From an uncultured delta proteobacterium (GTDB lineage: Bacteria > Myxococcota_A > UBA9160 > UBA4427): a stretch of 64,000 nucleotides of DNA. The stretch lies in assembly GCA_963822965.1 (NCBI GenBank), contig CAWGJT010000005.1, forward strand, positions 768,001-832,000, given 5' to 3'. Both the position numbers and the translations under genes were made by a program. This document shows positions 31,046-39,389 of this stretch, piece by piece. Position 1 is the stretch's first letter; every line of letters begins with the position of its first letter. A model generated the notes under the pieces. That model was not told the origin of the DNA, did not search any database, and was given only the letters and a program-made list of their open reading frames with translations.

Positions 31046-32419
31046 TCACGCGCCGGGCGCGGGGCGGCGTTCTCCGGTGAGGAGAAAGAGGAGACCGCCC
31101 GTCCCCACGGTGGCCAGGCCGAGCAGGGACTCCAGCGGGCGGCCCTGCAGCGCCCAGTACATCATCCAGCCCGAAGCCCCGACGAAGAGGAGCGGCGGCG
31201 CCGGGTAGGCGAAGACACGGAACGGGCGGGGCAGGTCGGGCTCGCGGATCCGGCGGACGATCACGCAGGAGACCGCCAGACTGGCGAAGAGGGTGAGCGT
31301 GAAGCCAGCGTACTGCTGGATCTGGTCCACCCTTCCCAGCAGCAGGATGGCGGACGTGACGCCGCCCTGGACGACGAGCGCGGTGACCGGAGCGCCCGTC
31401 GCATCGTCGGTCCGCGACAGGAAGCCGAAGAAGCGGTAGTCGCTGCCCAGCGCATAGTAGACCCGGGGCCCGGCGATGGTCATCGCGGACGCCGAAGCGA
31501 CCAGGGAGACGAGCAGCACGAGGGTGACGAGGTCGGTCCCGAGCGGCCCGAAGAGGTGGCTCGCCGCGACGAGCCCCACCTCGACCTTGCCGGCCAGCTC
31601 TTCCGCGCTCGCTCCGTAGAAGTAGACGGCGTTGATGGCGAGGTAGAGGACGACCACGAGCGCCGTTCCGATGAGCAGCCCCCGTGGCAGGTCGCGCTGC
31701 GGGTTCTCGAACTCGCTGGCCACGTAGGCCGAGGCGTTCCAGCCCGAGTAGCAGAACATCACGAAGACGAGGGAGGTCCCCAGGCCGGCGTAGGTCGCGC
31801 GGGACGAGAGACCGGCGTAGACCGGGGAGACGGCCGTCAGGTTGGAGAGGCTGCCCCGACCGAACGCGAACGCCGCCACGACGATCGCGACCAGCCCCGC
31901 CACCTTGAAGGCGGTGAGCCAGTCTCCGAGGCGCATGCCGCGCCGGGCACCGCGGAGCTGCACCGCCACCAGCCCCCAGACGAGCGCCAGGGCGACCGCA
32001 TCGCCGAGCGCGAGCGTGGCGAAGCGCGGCCCGCCCTCCTGCAACGAGGGAACGAAATGCCCCAGATAGCGGACGAAGGCCTTGGCGGCGGCCGCGATGG
32101 GCGCCGAGAATCCCGCCACCAGCGACACGAAGGCGCTCATGAAGCCGGCGGCGCCGCCGTACGTGTCCCGCAGGTACGCGTACTCGGCGCCTGGGCCGGG
32201 GGTCGAGGCGCCGAGCTCCGCGTAGCAGAGCGCCCCGCAGAACGCGAGCACCCCGCCGGCGACCCACACCCCGAAGACGAGCCCGGGATGCCCGAGGTCG
32301 GCGGCCTGGAAGCCCGTGGTGGTGAAGATCCCCGCGCCAATCACGTTGGCGACGACGAGGGCCACCGCGGATCGCAGCCGGATGTAGCGATGCAGACCGG
32401 AGCGGGGCTCGCGGTCCAT
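31046..32419 (-). CDS. APC family amino acid permease
   Basis: NVIGAGIF, ALCYAELG, GAEYAYL, YSGWN, EFENPQRDLP, RPFRVFAYP. About 12 TMs. Confidence 0.9.
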   Translation of the reverse strand: MDREPRSGLHRYIRLRSAVALVVANVIGAGIFTTTGFQAADLGHPGLVFGVWVAGGVLAFCGALCYAELGASTPGPGAEYAYLRDTYGGAAGFMSAFVSLVAGFSAPIAAAAKAFVRYLGHFVPSLQEGGPRFATLALGDAVALALVWGLVAVQLRGARRGMRLGDWLTAFKVAGLVAIVVAAFAFGRGSLSNLTAVSPVYAGLSSRATYAGLGTSLVFVMFCYSGWNASAYVASEFENPQRDLPRGLLIGTALVVVLYLAINAVYFYGASAEELAGKVEVGLVAASHLFGPLGTDLVTLVLLVSLVASASAMTIAGPRVYYALGSDYRFFGFLSRTDDATGAPVTALVVQGGVTSAILLLGRVDQIQQYAGFTLTLFASLAVSCVIVRRIREPDLPRPFRVFAYPAPPLLFVGASGWMMYWALQGRPLESLLGLATVGTGGLLFLLTGERRPAPGA

Positions 32420-32422
32420 GGA

Positions 32423-32986
32423 TCAGTCGTCGAGCTCGTCCAGGGCCGCGCAGATCTCGGCGTTGGACGGGATGTCGGCCGTGGTCTCGGCCACGTGGAG
32501 GAAGCGCAGGACGCCGCCCCGATCGAAGATCGCCACCCCACCCAGCTGCAGCACGTCGCTCGCCTCCAGCTGCGAGGCCGCGAGGTCGGCGTTGCGCACC
32601 AGGCGGAACGACTCGCGGGGGTCGGTGAAGAAGGGCTTCACGACGGTCGACCACCAGCCGCCGCGCTTCAGCGCGAGGGCGCGATAGCCGGCCCGCTGCG
32701 GATCGCCGAGACACGGCACGCCCGAGGCGTAGCGCGAGCAGTAGCGGGCGACCTCCTCCTCGCTGCCCTGTCCCACGGCCACGAGCCGGGCGCCCCGTCG
32801 CTGGAACTCCTCCAGTCCCCGGCGCACCTGGACCAGGTGCTCGCGGCACAACGGTCAGCCGAAGTGGCGCAGGAAGACGAACACCGAAGGGCCCTCGCCC
32901 CAGTATCGGGAAATGGGGACGAGCCCGCGGCCCGGCTCGACGAAGGAGAGGTCGGGCGCCTGGCTCCGGGTCCGCTGCAGGGTCAT
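32423..32986 (-). CDS. Peroxiredoxin-like AhpC/TSA (PRXL2/SelU-like) selenoprotein, UxxC motif
   Basis: ATG 32986 with GAGGAG RBS reads MTLQRTRSQAPDLSF...VFVFLRHFG-UGA-PLCREHL. The in-frame TGA (codon 44, 32855-32857) occupies the first Cys position of CxxC, and the frame continues into LVAVGQG, DPQRAGYRALAL, QLGGVAIF. 187 aa. Confidence 0.88.
32818..32854 (-). promoter_or_regulatory. Bacterial SECIS-like hairpin
   Basis: GCACCUG-GUC-CAGGUGC perfect 7-bp stem (32824-32840). The apical loop starts with G, 21 nt after the UGA. Confidence 0.75.
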
Positions 32987-33058
32987 CTTCCGTCTCCTCG
33001 CCGATCCGATTCGGAGAGGACGATCGTGGCACACCCCGGGCGACTATGCTTCGAGCCC

Positions 33059-33868
33059 ATGAGCACCCCCACGAGCCTCGAGACCCGGGACTGCACCCTC
33101 GCCTACGAGAGCGTCGGGGAGGAGGAGGACGCCCCCATCGTGCTCCTCCACGGCTTCGGCATGAGCCGCGCTGCGATGGCGCCGCTGGCCCGGTCCCTGC
33201 GCGCCCGCGGCTGCGCCCGCCGGTGCATCCTCGTCGACCTCCGCGGGCACGGCGCCACGCGGGCCCCGGCGCGCGAAGAAGACATGAGCTATCCGGCCAT
33301 GCGGGACGACCTCGCCGCGCTCCTCGAACGGGAGGCCCCGGGCGGCGCCCACTGCGTCGGGCACTCGATGGGCGGCCAGATCGCCCTCCTCACCGCGATC
33401 GCACGCCCGGATCTCGTTCGCTCGCTGACGCTCCTGGGAGCCGGCCCGTGCCGCGCGGTGGTCGACGCGCGAGAGAGGCGCAGCTGGCAGCGTGCGGCCG
33501 CCGCGTTCGAGAGCGCGCGCCCGCAGGCGCTCGCGGCTTCGCTGGCCGCCGCCGCACCCAGCACGGAAGCGACGCTCACACCCGAGCGCCTCTACGGCAC
33601 CGCGCGCGGCGCCGACCTGGCCCGCATCGTCCGCGGCGGCTTTCTCACGCTCCCCAGCAACGACGACGAGTGCCGGCGGCTGGCCGCCCCCACGCTGCTC
33701 CTGGCCGGAGCACACGACGAGGGCTGGCTCGAGCCGACCCGCAAGCTCGCGCGCCTCGTCCCTTCGAGCGAGCTTCACGTGGAGGACGGCGCGGGCCACT
33801 TGTTGCCCCTCGAACGTCCCGACGCCTGCGCGGACCGGATCGTGCGATTCCTGGCGAGCCTCGTCTGA
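33059..33868 (+). CDS. Alpha/beta fold hydrolase
   Basis: PIVLLHGFG, VDLRGHG, GHSMGG nucleophile elbow, GAHD, GAGHLLPLE. Confidence 0.9.
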   Translation: MSTPTSLETRDCTLAYESVGEEEDAPIVLLHGFGMSRAAMAPLARSLRARGCARRCILVDLRGHGATRAPAREEDMSYPAMRDDLAALLEREAPGGAHCVGHSMGGQIALLTAIARPDLVRSLTLLGAGPCRAVVDARERRSWQRAAAAFESARPQALAASLAAAAPSTEATLTPERLYGTARGADLARIVRGGFLTLPSNDDECRRLAAPTLLLAGAHDEGWLEPTRKLARLVPSSELHVEDGAGHLLPLERPDACADRIVRFLASLV

Positions 33869-33901
33869 AAGAGCGCGCGCGGACCCGGAAGACCGGGCCA
33901 C

Positions 33902-35011
33902 TCAGCGCAGCGAGCGGCTCGCCCCCAGCGCGACGACCGCGGTCGGATCGAAGTCGATCAGCCCCGGGCGGCCGAAGTAGGCCTCGACGCCTTCCCGGAT
34001 GACGGGCAGCTGCGTCACGCCCCCGGCGAGGAGCACGTTGTGGATGTCGCCCGCGCCGACGCCGGCGTTGGCCAGCGCTTCGTCGCACGCCAGGAAGGTC
34101 CGCTGCACGAGCTTCATGCACAGGGAGTCCATCAGCGAGCGACGGATGGGCAGCCCCTCCTCGGCGATCGGGCACTCGGGGTCGACCTGGCTCAGGTCGA
34201 TGCGGGCCTCGTCCTCGGAGGCCAGCCGGATCTTCACCCGCTCGCACTCGGACAGCAGGCGGACCGACACCTCGGCGTAGTTGCCCAGATCCCAGTTGTG
34301 CTGCTTGAGCACCTCGCGCCGGGCCCAGTCGGCGATCTGCTGGTCGATGTCGTCGCCGCCCAGGAACGGCTCGCTGGCCCGGGCCATGACGCGTACGCCC
34401 GCCTCGCCGCACCACAGGACGGAGACGTCGAAGGTTCCGCCGCCGAGATCGTAGACGGCGACCAGACCGCGCAGGTCCGCCGAGGACTGGTAGGCGTACG
34501 CGGTGGCCTCCGCCTCGTCCACCAGCCGCAGGTTCTCGAAGCCCGCCATCCGGGCTGCTTCGACGGTCGCGTTCCGTTGCGGCGTCGTGAACCCCGTCGG
34601 CACCGTGATCACCACGTCGAGACCCCGCACCTGGGGACCCAGCGGCTCGGAGACCCGCCGCAACAGGCTCGCGGCGATGTCGGTGGGCGAGTGTCGACCG
34701 GCCCGGGTCTGGAAGAGCGGCCAATCGTCGCCGTCGTCCACCACCTCGAAGGGATAGCGCTCGACGAACTCGAGCGTCTGCGAATCGTGGAAGCGGCGGC
34801 CGATGATCCGCTTGGAGGAGAAGATCGTATTGGCGGCGTCGATCGCCCGGCGGCGTCGGGCGGACTGGCCGGAGATGGACGACCCGTTGGGCAGGAAGGC
34901 GACCGCGGACGGGAGGTACCGCGCCCCGTCGTCGCCGATCGCGAGGATCTCGTCGTCGAAACACGCAACCGTGTTCGTCGTGCCGAGGTCGATGCCCAAC
35001 TGCTTCTTCAT
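33902..35011 (-). CDS. Hsp70/DnaK-like protein, nucleotide-binding domain only (369 aa)
   Basis: GIDLGTTNT, VITVPTGF, VYDLGGGTFDVS, LGGDDID, LLAGGVTQLP, ends at DPTAVVALGASRSLR with no substrate-binding domain. Confidence 0.88.
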   Translation of the reverse strand: MKKQLGIDLGTTNTVACFDDEILAIGDDGARYLPSAVAFLPNGSSISGQSARRRRAIDAANTIFSSKRIIGRRFHDSQTLEFVERYPFEVVDDGDDWPLFQTRAGRHSPTDIAASLLRRVSEPLGPQVRGLDVVITVPTGFTTPQRNATVEAARMAGFENLRLVDEAEATAYAYQSSADLRGLVAVYDLGGGTFDVSVLWCGEAGVRVMARASEPFLGGDDIDQQIADWARREVLKQHNWDLGNYAEVSVRLLSECERVKIRLASEDEARIDLSQVDPECPIAEEGLPIRRSLMDSLCMKLVQRTFLACDEALANAGVGAGDIHNVLLAGGVTQLPVIREGVEAYFGRPGLIDFDPTAVVALGASRSLR

Positions 35012-35394
35012 CCCTGCTCCTTGCCTCCTCGCGATTCGTGGAGACCCCGGATGGCGCTCCGTGCGGCGTCTCCGATCTCGAGAACCCGCGTGCTGTAGTG
35101 CAGCTTCCCGGCGTCGAGGCACTGGCCGACGGTGCACTTGAGCCCCACCTTCGTGCGTCCGGCCGCGGCTCCCGCGTCCGGCAGGAAGAAGTTGAGCCGT
35201 AGCTCGTCTCCCTGCGCGAAGGCCACGTCGGTCTCGAGCAGCAGTCGACGCTCGGTCAGCTCCAGGATCATGGCGAAGCCGCTGCGCCTTTTGCCGCCCT
35301 TCTGCTCGAGCTCGTAGTGCGCGAGCAGCTCCAGATCCGACACGTCCGCGTCGGACCGGGCGACGGGATTCGGGTTCTGCAGACCGCTGAGCAT
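35008..35394 (-). CDS. PilZ-like beta-barrel domain protein (degenerate)
   Basis: 128 aa, pattern ILELTERRLLLETDVAFAQGDELRLNFFLP...KCTVGQC...YSTRVLEIGDAARSAI. GGAGAGG RBS. ATGA overlap with the Hsp70 gene. Confidence 0.6.
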   Translation of the reverse strand: MLSGLQNPNPVARSDADVSDLELLAHYELEQKGGKRRSGFAMILELTERRLLLETDVAFAQGDELRLNFFLPDAGAAAGRTKVGLKCTVGQCLDAGKLHYSTRVLEIGDAARSAIRGLHESRGGKEQG

Positions 35395-35591
35395 CGAGCC
35401 AGACCTCTCCGCGGCGGACCACGACCCGTCCTGGACCGTCCCCGCTGTTCCTCCTTCGTCCAGTCGTCGCTGGATCTGAACCGCGCCTCGCGCCGCGTCC
35501 GGAACCGGCGTTGGGACGCGATAGCGTCCGCACGTCGCGCGGGTGCGGGCGAATCTGCGCATCTCCTGCACTTGCCCGGACGGGCGGGCCG

Positions 35592-36074
35592 GTGGTAAGA
35601 AGTGCGAAACCCGGAGGAGGTCCCCTGCCGGCACCCGACGAACGGCTGCGAGCAACCCGGGCAGGCTTCGCCTTCCTCGCGGCCGCCTTCGCCCTGGCCG
35701 CGCTCGTGGCGCTGACGTCCTCGCGGGATGCGCGGGCCGACCCCGAGCCCGAGCAGCTGGTGGTGACGGCCACGGCCTACAACTCCGTGCCGCACCAGAC
35801 CAACGCCAGACCCCACCTCACCGCCTGGGGAGACGTCCTCGAGCCCGGCATGAAGGCCATCGCCGTCTCGCGAGATCTCATCCACCTCGGCCTCCGGCAC
35901 GGGGTCGAGGTGGAGATCGAGGGCCTCGAGGGGGTCTACGTGGTTCGCGACAAGATGGCGAAGCGTTGGCGGAAGAAGATCGACATCTACATGGGGAAGG
36001 ACGTGGAGGCCGCCAGGCACTGGGGGAAGCGCCGGGTCCGCATCCGCTGGACGCCGCCGGCCGACGGATCCTGA
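35592..36074 (+). CDS. 3D (Asp-Asp-Asp) domain protein, exported
   Basis: Hydrophobic leader, VTATAYNS...QT, AIAVSRDL, YVVRDKM...KIDIYMG...ARHWGKRRV. Start uncertain. Confidence 0.8.
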   Translation: MVRSAKPGGGPLPAPDERLRATRAGFAFLAAAFALAALVALTSSRDARADPEPEQLVVTATAYNSVPHQTNARPHLTAWGDVLEPGMKAIAVSRDLIHLGLRHGVEVEIEGLEGVYVVRDKMAKRWRKKIDIYMGKDVEAARHWGKRRVRIRWTPPADGS

Positions 36075-36095
36075 AGACCGGGATCCGCGCCCGAA

Positions 36096-36773
36096 TCAGA
36101 CGGACAGCCACGCGCGATGAGCGGGGATCGGCGGCTCTGCGCGGGTGTCCTCCCAGGCCCACGAGACCGACTCCTCGACCGGGCGACCGACACGGTCGGG
36201 CGGCAGCTCGGCGTCGTCCACGAAGAACGCGTTCGGGGCGAAGCTGTCGGTGTGGACCAGTGAGTAGCCCTTCTCGCGACCCAGCTTCCACAACGCGGCC
36301 AGGCTCGCGCCGTGGAACATGGTCTTGTCCCAGCGATGATCGGCGTCGTAGGGCATGGTCTTGGAGACTTCGGCCCCGAAGAAGACGTTGTACTCGATCA
36401 CCACGACGCGCGGTCGGTACGCCTCGAGCGCCTGCCACACCCAGTACTCGTTGCCGTCGATGTCGACGGAGAGGAGGTCGAAGACCGGGGGAACGCGATA
36501 CTTCCGGAAGAGCGCCTCGACGTTCTCCGCGGTGACGAACTCGCGCCGGACGAGCCCGCTCACCCGCTCGGGGTCTCCGTCCATCAACAGGCCGCTCCAG
36601 CCGTGGTCGAGACGCAGGTGGGCCGTGTTCGAGAGGTGGCGGCCGTCCCAGGCGCCGAACTCCACGAAGGTCCGGTTGCGCTCACCGAGGCACGCGAACA
36701 GCCGTGCGAGCACCCCGTCCTCTCCGCCCTGGGAGTGGACCCGCCCCTCATAGCGCCGAAGATCCGAGAGCAT
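36096..36773 (-). CDS. FkbM-like SAM-dependent methyltransferase family protein
   Basis: SQGGEDGVL, FVEFGAWDG...SNT, DLLSVDIDGNEYWVW, PRVVVIEYN, GASLAAL...KGYSLV. Confidence 0.75.
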   Translation of the reverse strand: MLSDLRRYEGRVHSQGGEDGVLARLFACLGERNRTFVEFGAWDGRHLSNTAHLRLDHGWSGLLMDGDPERVSGLVRREFVTAENVEALFRKYRVPPVFDLLSVDIDGNEYWVWQALEAYRPRVVVIEYNVFFGAEVSKTMPYDADHRWDKTMFHGASLAALWKLGREKGYSLVHTDSFAPNAFFVDDAELPPDRVGRPVEESVSWAWEDTRAEPPIPAHRAWLSV

Positions 36774-36778
36774 CGGGC

Positions 36779-38167
36779 TCAACGGATCCCGAGCCGGCGC
36801 GACTGGGCGCTCTGCAGCCGGCCCTCGGGGTCCCAGATTCGACGCACGGCCTCGAACTCGGCGAGGCGCGGGTACATCCGGCGGAACTGATCGGCCGGGG
36901 TGAACGCGTCCTTCGCCAGGTAGATCCGGCCGCCTCGGGCGACGACGAACTCGTTCAGCTCGAAGACCAGGCGCCGGGTCTCCTCGCCTCGAATCGGGAT
37001 GTCGAGCGCGAGGGACACGCCGGGCTGGGGAAACGAGAGCAGCCCCCGCCCCCGAGCGCCGCAGTCCTTCAGCACGGTGACGAACGAGGAGCCGCCGCCG
37101 CGCTGGAAGATCGACAGGAACTCGCGATAGGCGTCCACCTCTCCCGGAATCACGCACTGGTACTGGGTGAAGCCCCTGCTGCCGTAGACCCGGTGCCAGT
37201 GGGAGATGCCGTCCAGCTGGTGGAACCACGCGTCCGGGCTGGTGAGACCGACGGAGGCCCGGGACCCGTGCTTCCAGTACCAGAAGCTGTTCGCGAGACG
37301 CAGGGTGTGCCGGTTCACGAGCCCGTTCGGGAAGCGGAAGGGAATCGAGAGTCTCAGCGGCCGCGGCGGCGGATGGTCGGGCGCCTCGGCGGCGGTCGCC
37401 CAGCGGCCCTTCATGAGGATGCCCCGGCCCAGGGAGCGACCGCGCGCGGTGCAGTCGAGCCATGCCACCGTGGAGGGCCAGCTCTCGCCGGCCTCCACCA
37501 GCCGGGGAAGCAGCGCGTCGATCGAGCCCAGCCGCTCGCTCTCGCACCAGATCCACCGCGAAGGCACCGGCGTCATCCGCAGCTCGACCTCGAGCACGTG
37601 ACCGGTGAGCCCCATGCCGCCCAGGGTGGCGTGGAAGAGATCCGGCTCGCTTCTCTCGCACACCTCGACGACGCGCCCGTCGGCCACGCGCATGCGCAGC
37701 GCCAGCACGTGCTCGCCGAAGCAACCGACACTGTGGTGGTTCTTGTTGTGCACGTCCGAGGCCACCATGCCTCCGAGCGTCACCTGGGCGGTGCCGGGCG
37801 TGACGGGCGAGATCCAGCCGCGGGGCAGGAAGACGGAGTTCAACGTGGCGAGGGAGACGCCCGCTTCGGCGCGCAGGACGCCGGTCTCCGGATCGAAGGC
37901 CAGCAGGCGGTCGGCGAGGGTCGTCGTCGCTACGTGAGCGGCGGCGTCCTCCGGCGGCAGGGCGGCGTCTCCGTACGAACGCCCCAGCCCGCGGCTCAGG
38001 ATTGCGTCCCGCGAGATCTCGAGCAGATCCTCGGAGCGGCGTTCCACGCCGAGGATCACGGGATGCTGCCCCCAGCCGGCGAGCTCGCGCCGCCGACCGT
38101 TCGCGGGCGCGTCGACCCCGGTAGGGAGGCTCTCGAGGTGGCCCTTCACGACCCGCGGCTTCGACAC
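36779..38167 (-). CDS. FAD-binding oxidoreductase, DprE1-like (polyprenyl-phosphoryl-ribose 2'-oxidase)
   Basis: LAGWG, SRGLGRSYGDAA, PVTPGTAQVTLGGMVASDVHNKNHH, GGMGLTG, YGSRGFTQYQ, VLKDCG, LSFP, GGRIYLAKD, SAQSRRL. Start uncertain. Confidence 0.85.
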   Translation of the reverse strand: MSKPRVVKGHLESLPTGVDAPANGRRRELAGWGQHPVILGVERRSEDLLEISRDAILSRGLGRSYGDAALPPEDAAAHVATTTLADRLLAFDPETGVLRAEAGVSLATLNSVFLPRGWISPVTPGTAQVTLGGMVASDVHNKNHHSVGCFGEHVLALRMRVADGRVVEVCERSEPDLFHATLGGMGLTGHVLEVELRMTPVPSRWIWCESERLGSIDALLPRLVEAGESWPSTVAWLDCTARGRSLGRGILMKGRWATAAEAPDHPPPRPLRLSIPFRFPNGLVNRHTLRLANSFWYWKHGSRASVGLTSPDAWFHQLDGISHWHRVYGSRGFTQYQCVIPGEVDAYREFLSIFQRGGGSSFVTVLKDCGARGRGLLSFPQPGVSLALDIPIRGEETRRLVFELNEFVVARGGRIYLAKDAFTPADQFRRMYPRLAEFEAVRRIWDPEGRLQSAQSRRLGIR

Positions 38168-38489
38168 TTCGGCCTCGTCCCTGCGTGCTCGTCCGGGAAG
38201 CAGCGGCCGCCCCGACCTGCGTTCGCGTCCTTCCATCGGCCTCCCCGCTCGTTCACGCCAGTCCATTCACGATGGTGCAGGCGGATGTCCCGCGATTCCG
38301 GGAGTCTCCGCCGTGTTCCGCCAGTCGCCGTGAGCGCCGCCGCAGGATAGCGTCGATCGCTGACCGTGGGTCAGCACGGCGCGCCACACTTGTGAGGCGG
38401 CAAGAGTCCCTCCAACGACCACCCGACGGCCCGCCTTTTTGATTGATCTGCGCGGCGGAATCGTCGTAGGCTTCGCGACGGAGGTGCGG

Positions 38490-39389
38490 ATGCTGTATTT
38501 GCGGAAGCCGACCCGGTCCCTCTTCATTCCTCTCTTGTCCGGTCTCTCGTTCGCCATCGTCGGGCTCACCGCCGGCCTCGGTCGAGCCGACGTGGCGCCG
38601 TGGTCGCCGAACTCGGCATTCACGAACGAGGTCGTCTACAACCTGGACATCAGCTGCGCCGGCGTGGGAATCGTGTGCGACGCCCTCGACGCCTATTCGG
38701 ACACCCAGGTCGCCGGGTTCGACGGCGCGGGAACGATCGAGGTCGACTTCGCCGGGGGCACCTTCCACTTCCTCCAGGACGGCAGCCGGGACCTGAACGA
38801 CGGCATGGGCCCGCGTCCCGCCTACGCGAGCCTCGAGGTGCAGGACCTCACCTTCGCGGAGATTCCCTTCGTCGGGGCACCGACGACCGATGCCGGCGTG
38901 ATCTTCGCGCTGACGAATCCGATCTTCGACACCGGCGGCGCGCCGCTGGCCGTCGGGTCGTATCCGGTATCCGCCGTGGTGAGCTACTCGGCGGTGGCGG
39001 ACATCGTCGGCCCGGTCGACGTCTATCTCCCCGAGCTGGCGTTGCAGCCCGCGGACGTCACGTTGAGCGGCACGCTCGTGGTCCTCGCGCTGCCTCCCGG
39101 CGGTGGCATCGTCTACCGGATCGACGACCTCACGGGCAGCCTGCAGGTCTCGAACCCCACCACCCTCCTCGGCGAGGACGTGGTGGTGACGGTCACCACG
39201 GACCTGACGTTGAACCTGAGCGGCCAGTCGATCTCACCGGGCGGCGTCAGCAGCCTGCCCGCCCTGGGCGGCGGTGGAACCGCGGCGCTCGTCGCCGGTC
39301 TGGCTGCGATCGGCGCTTGGCAGAGCCGGCGCCGGCGCCGGGGGGCGCGGATCGGATCGAACCGCCCTGCAGACGGAGGAACGAAATGA
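38490..39389 (+). CDS. Secreted beta-rich protein with an IPTL-CTERM-like C-terminal sorting signal
   Basis: Signal peptide, acidic beta-rich body, C-terminal LPALGGGGTAALVAGLAAIGAWQSRRRRR (motif, TM, Arg cluster). GGAGG RBS. Confidence 0.7.
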   Translation: MLYLRKPTRSLFIPLLSGLSFAIVGLTAGLGRADVAPWSPNSAFTNEVVYNLDISCAGVGIVCDALDAYSDTQVAGFDGAGTIEVDFAGGTFHFLQDGSRDLNDGMGPRPAYASLEVQDLTFAEIPFVGAPTTDAGVIFALTNPIFDTGGAPLAVGSYPVSAVVSYSAVADIVGPVDVYLPELALQPADVTLSGTLVVLALPPGGGIVYRIDDLTGSLQVSNPTTLLGEDVVVTVTTDLTLNLSGQSISPGGVSSLPALGGGGTAALVAGLAAIGAWQSRRRRRGARIGSNRPADGGTK

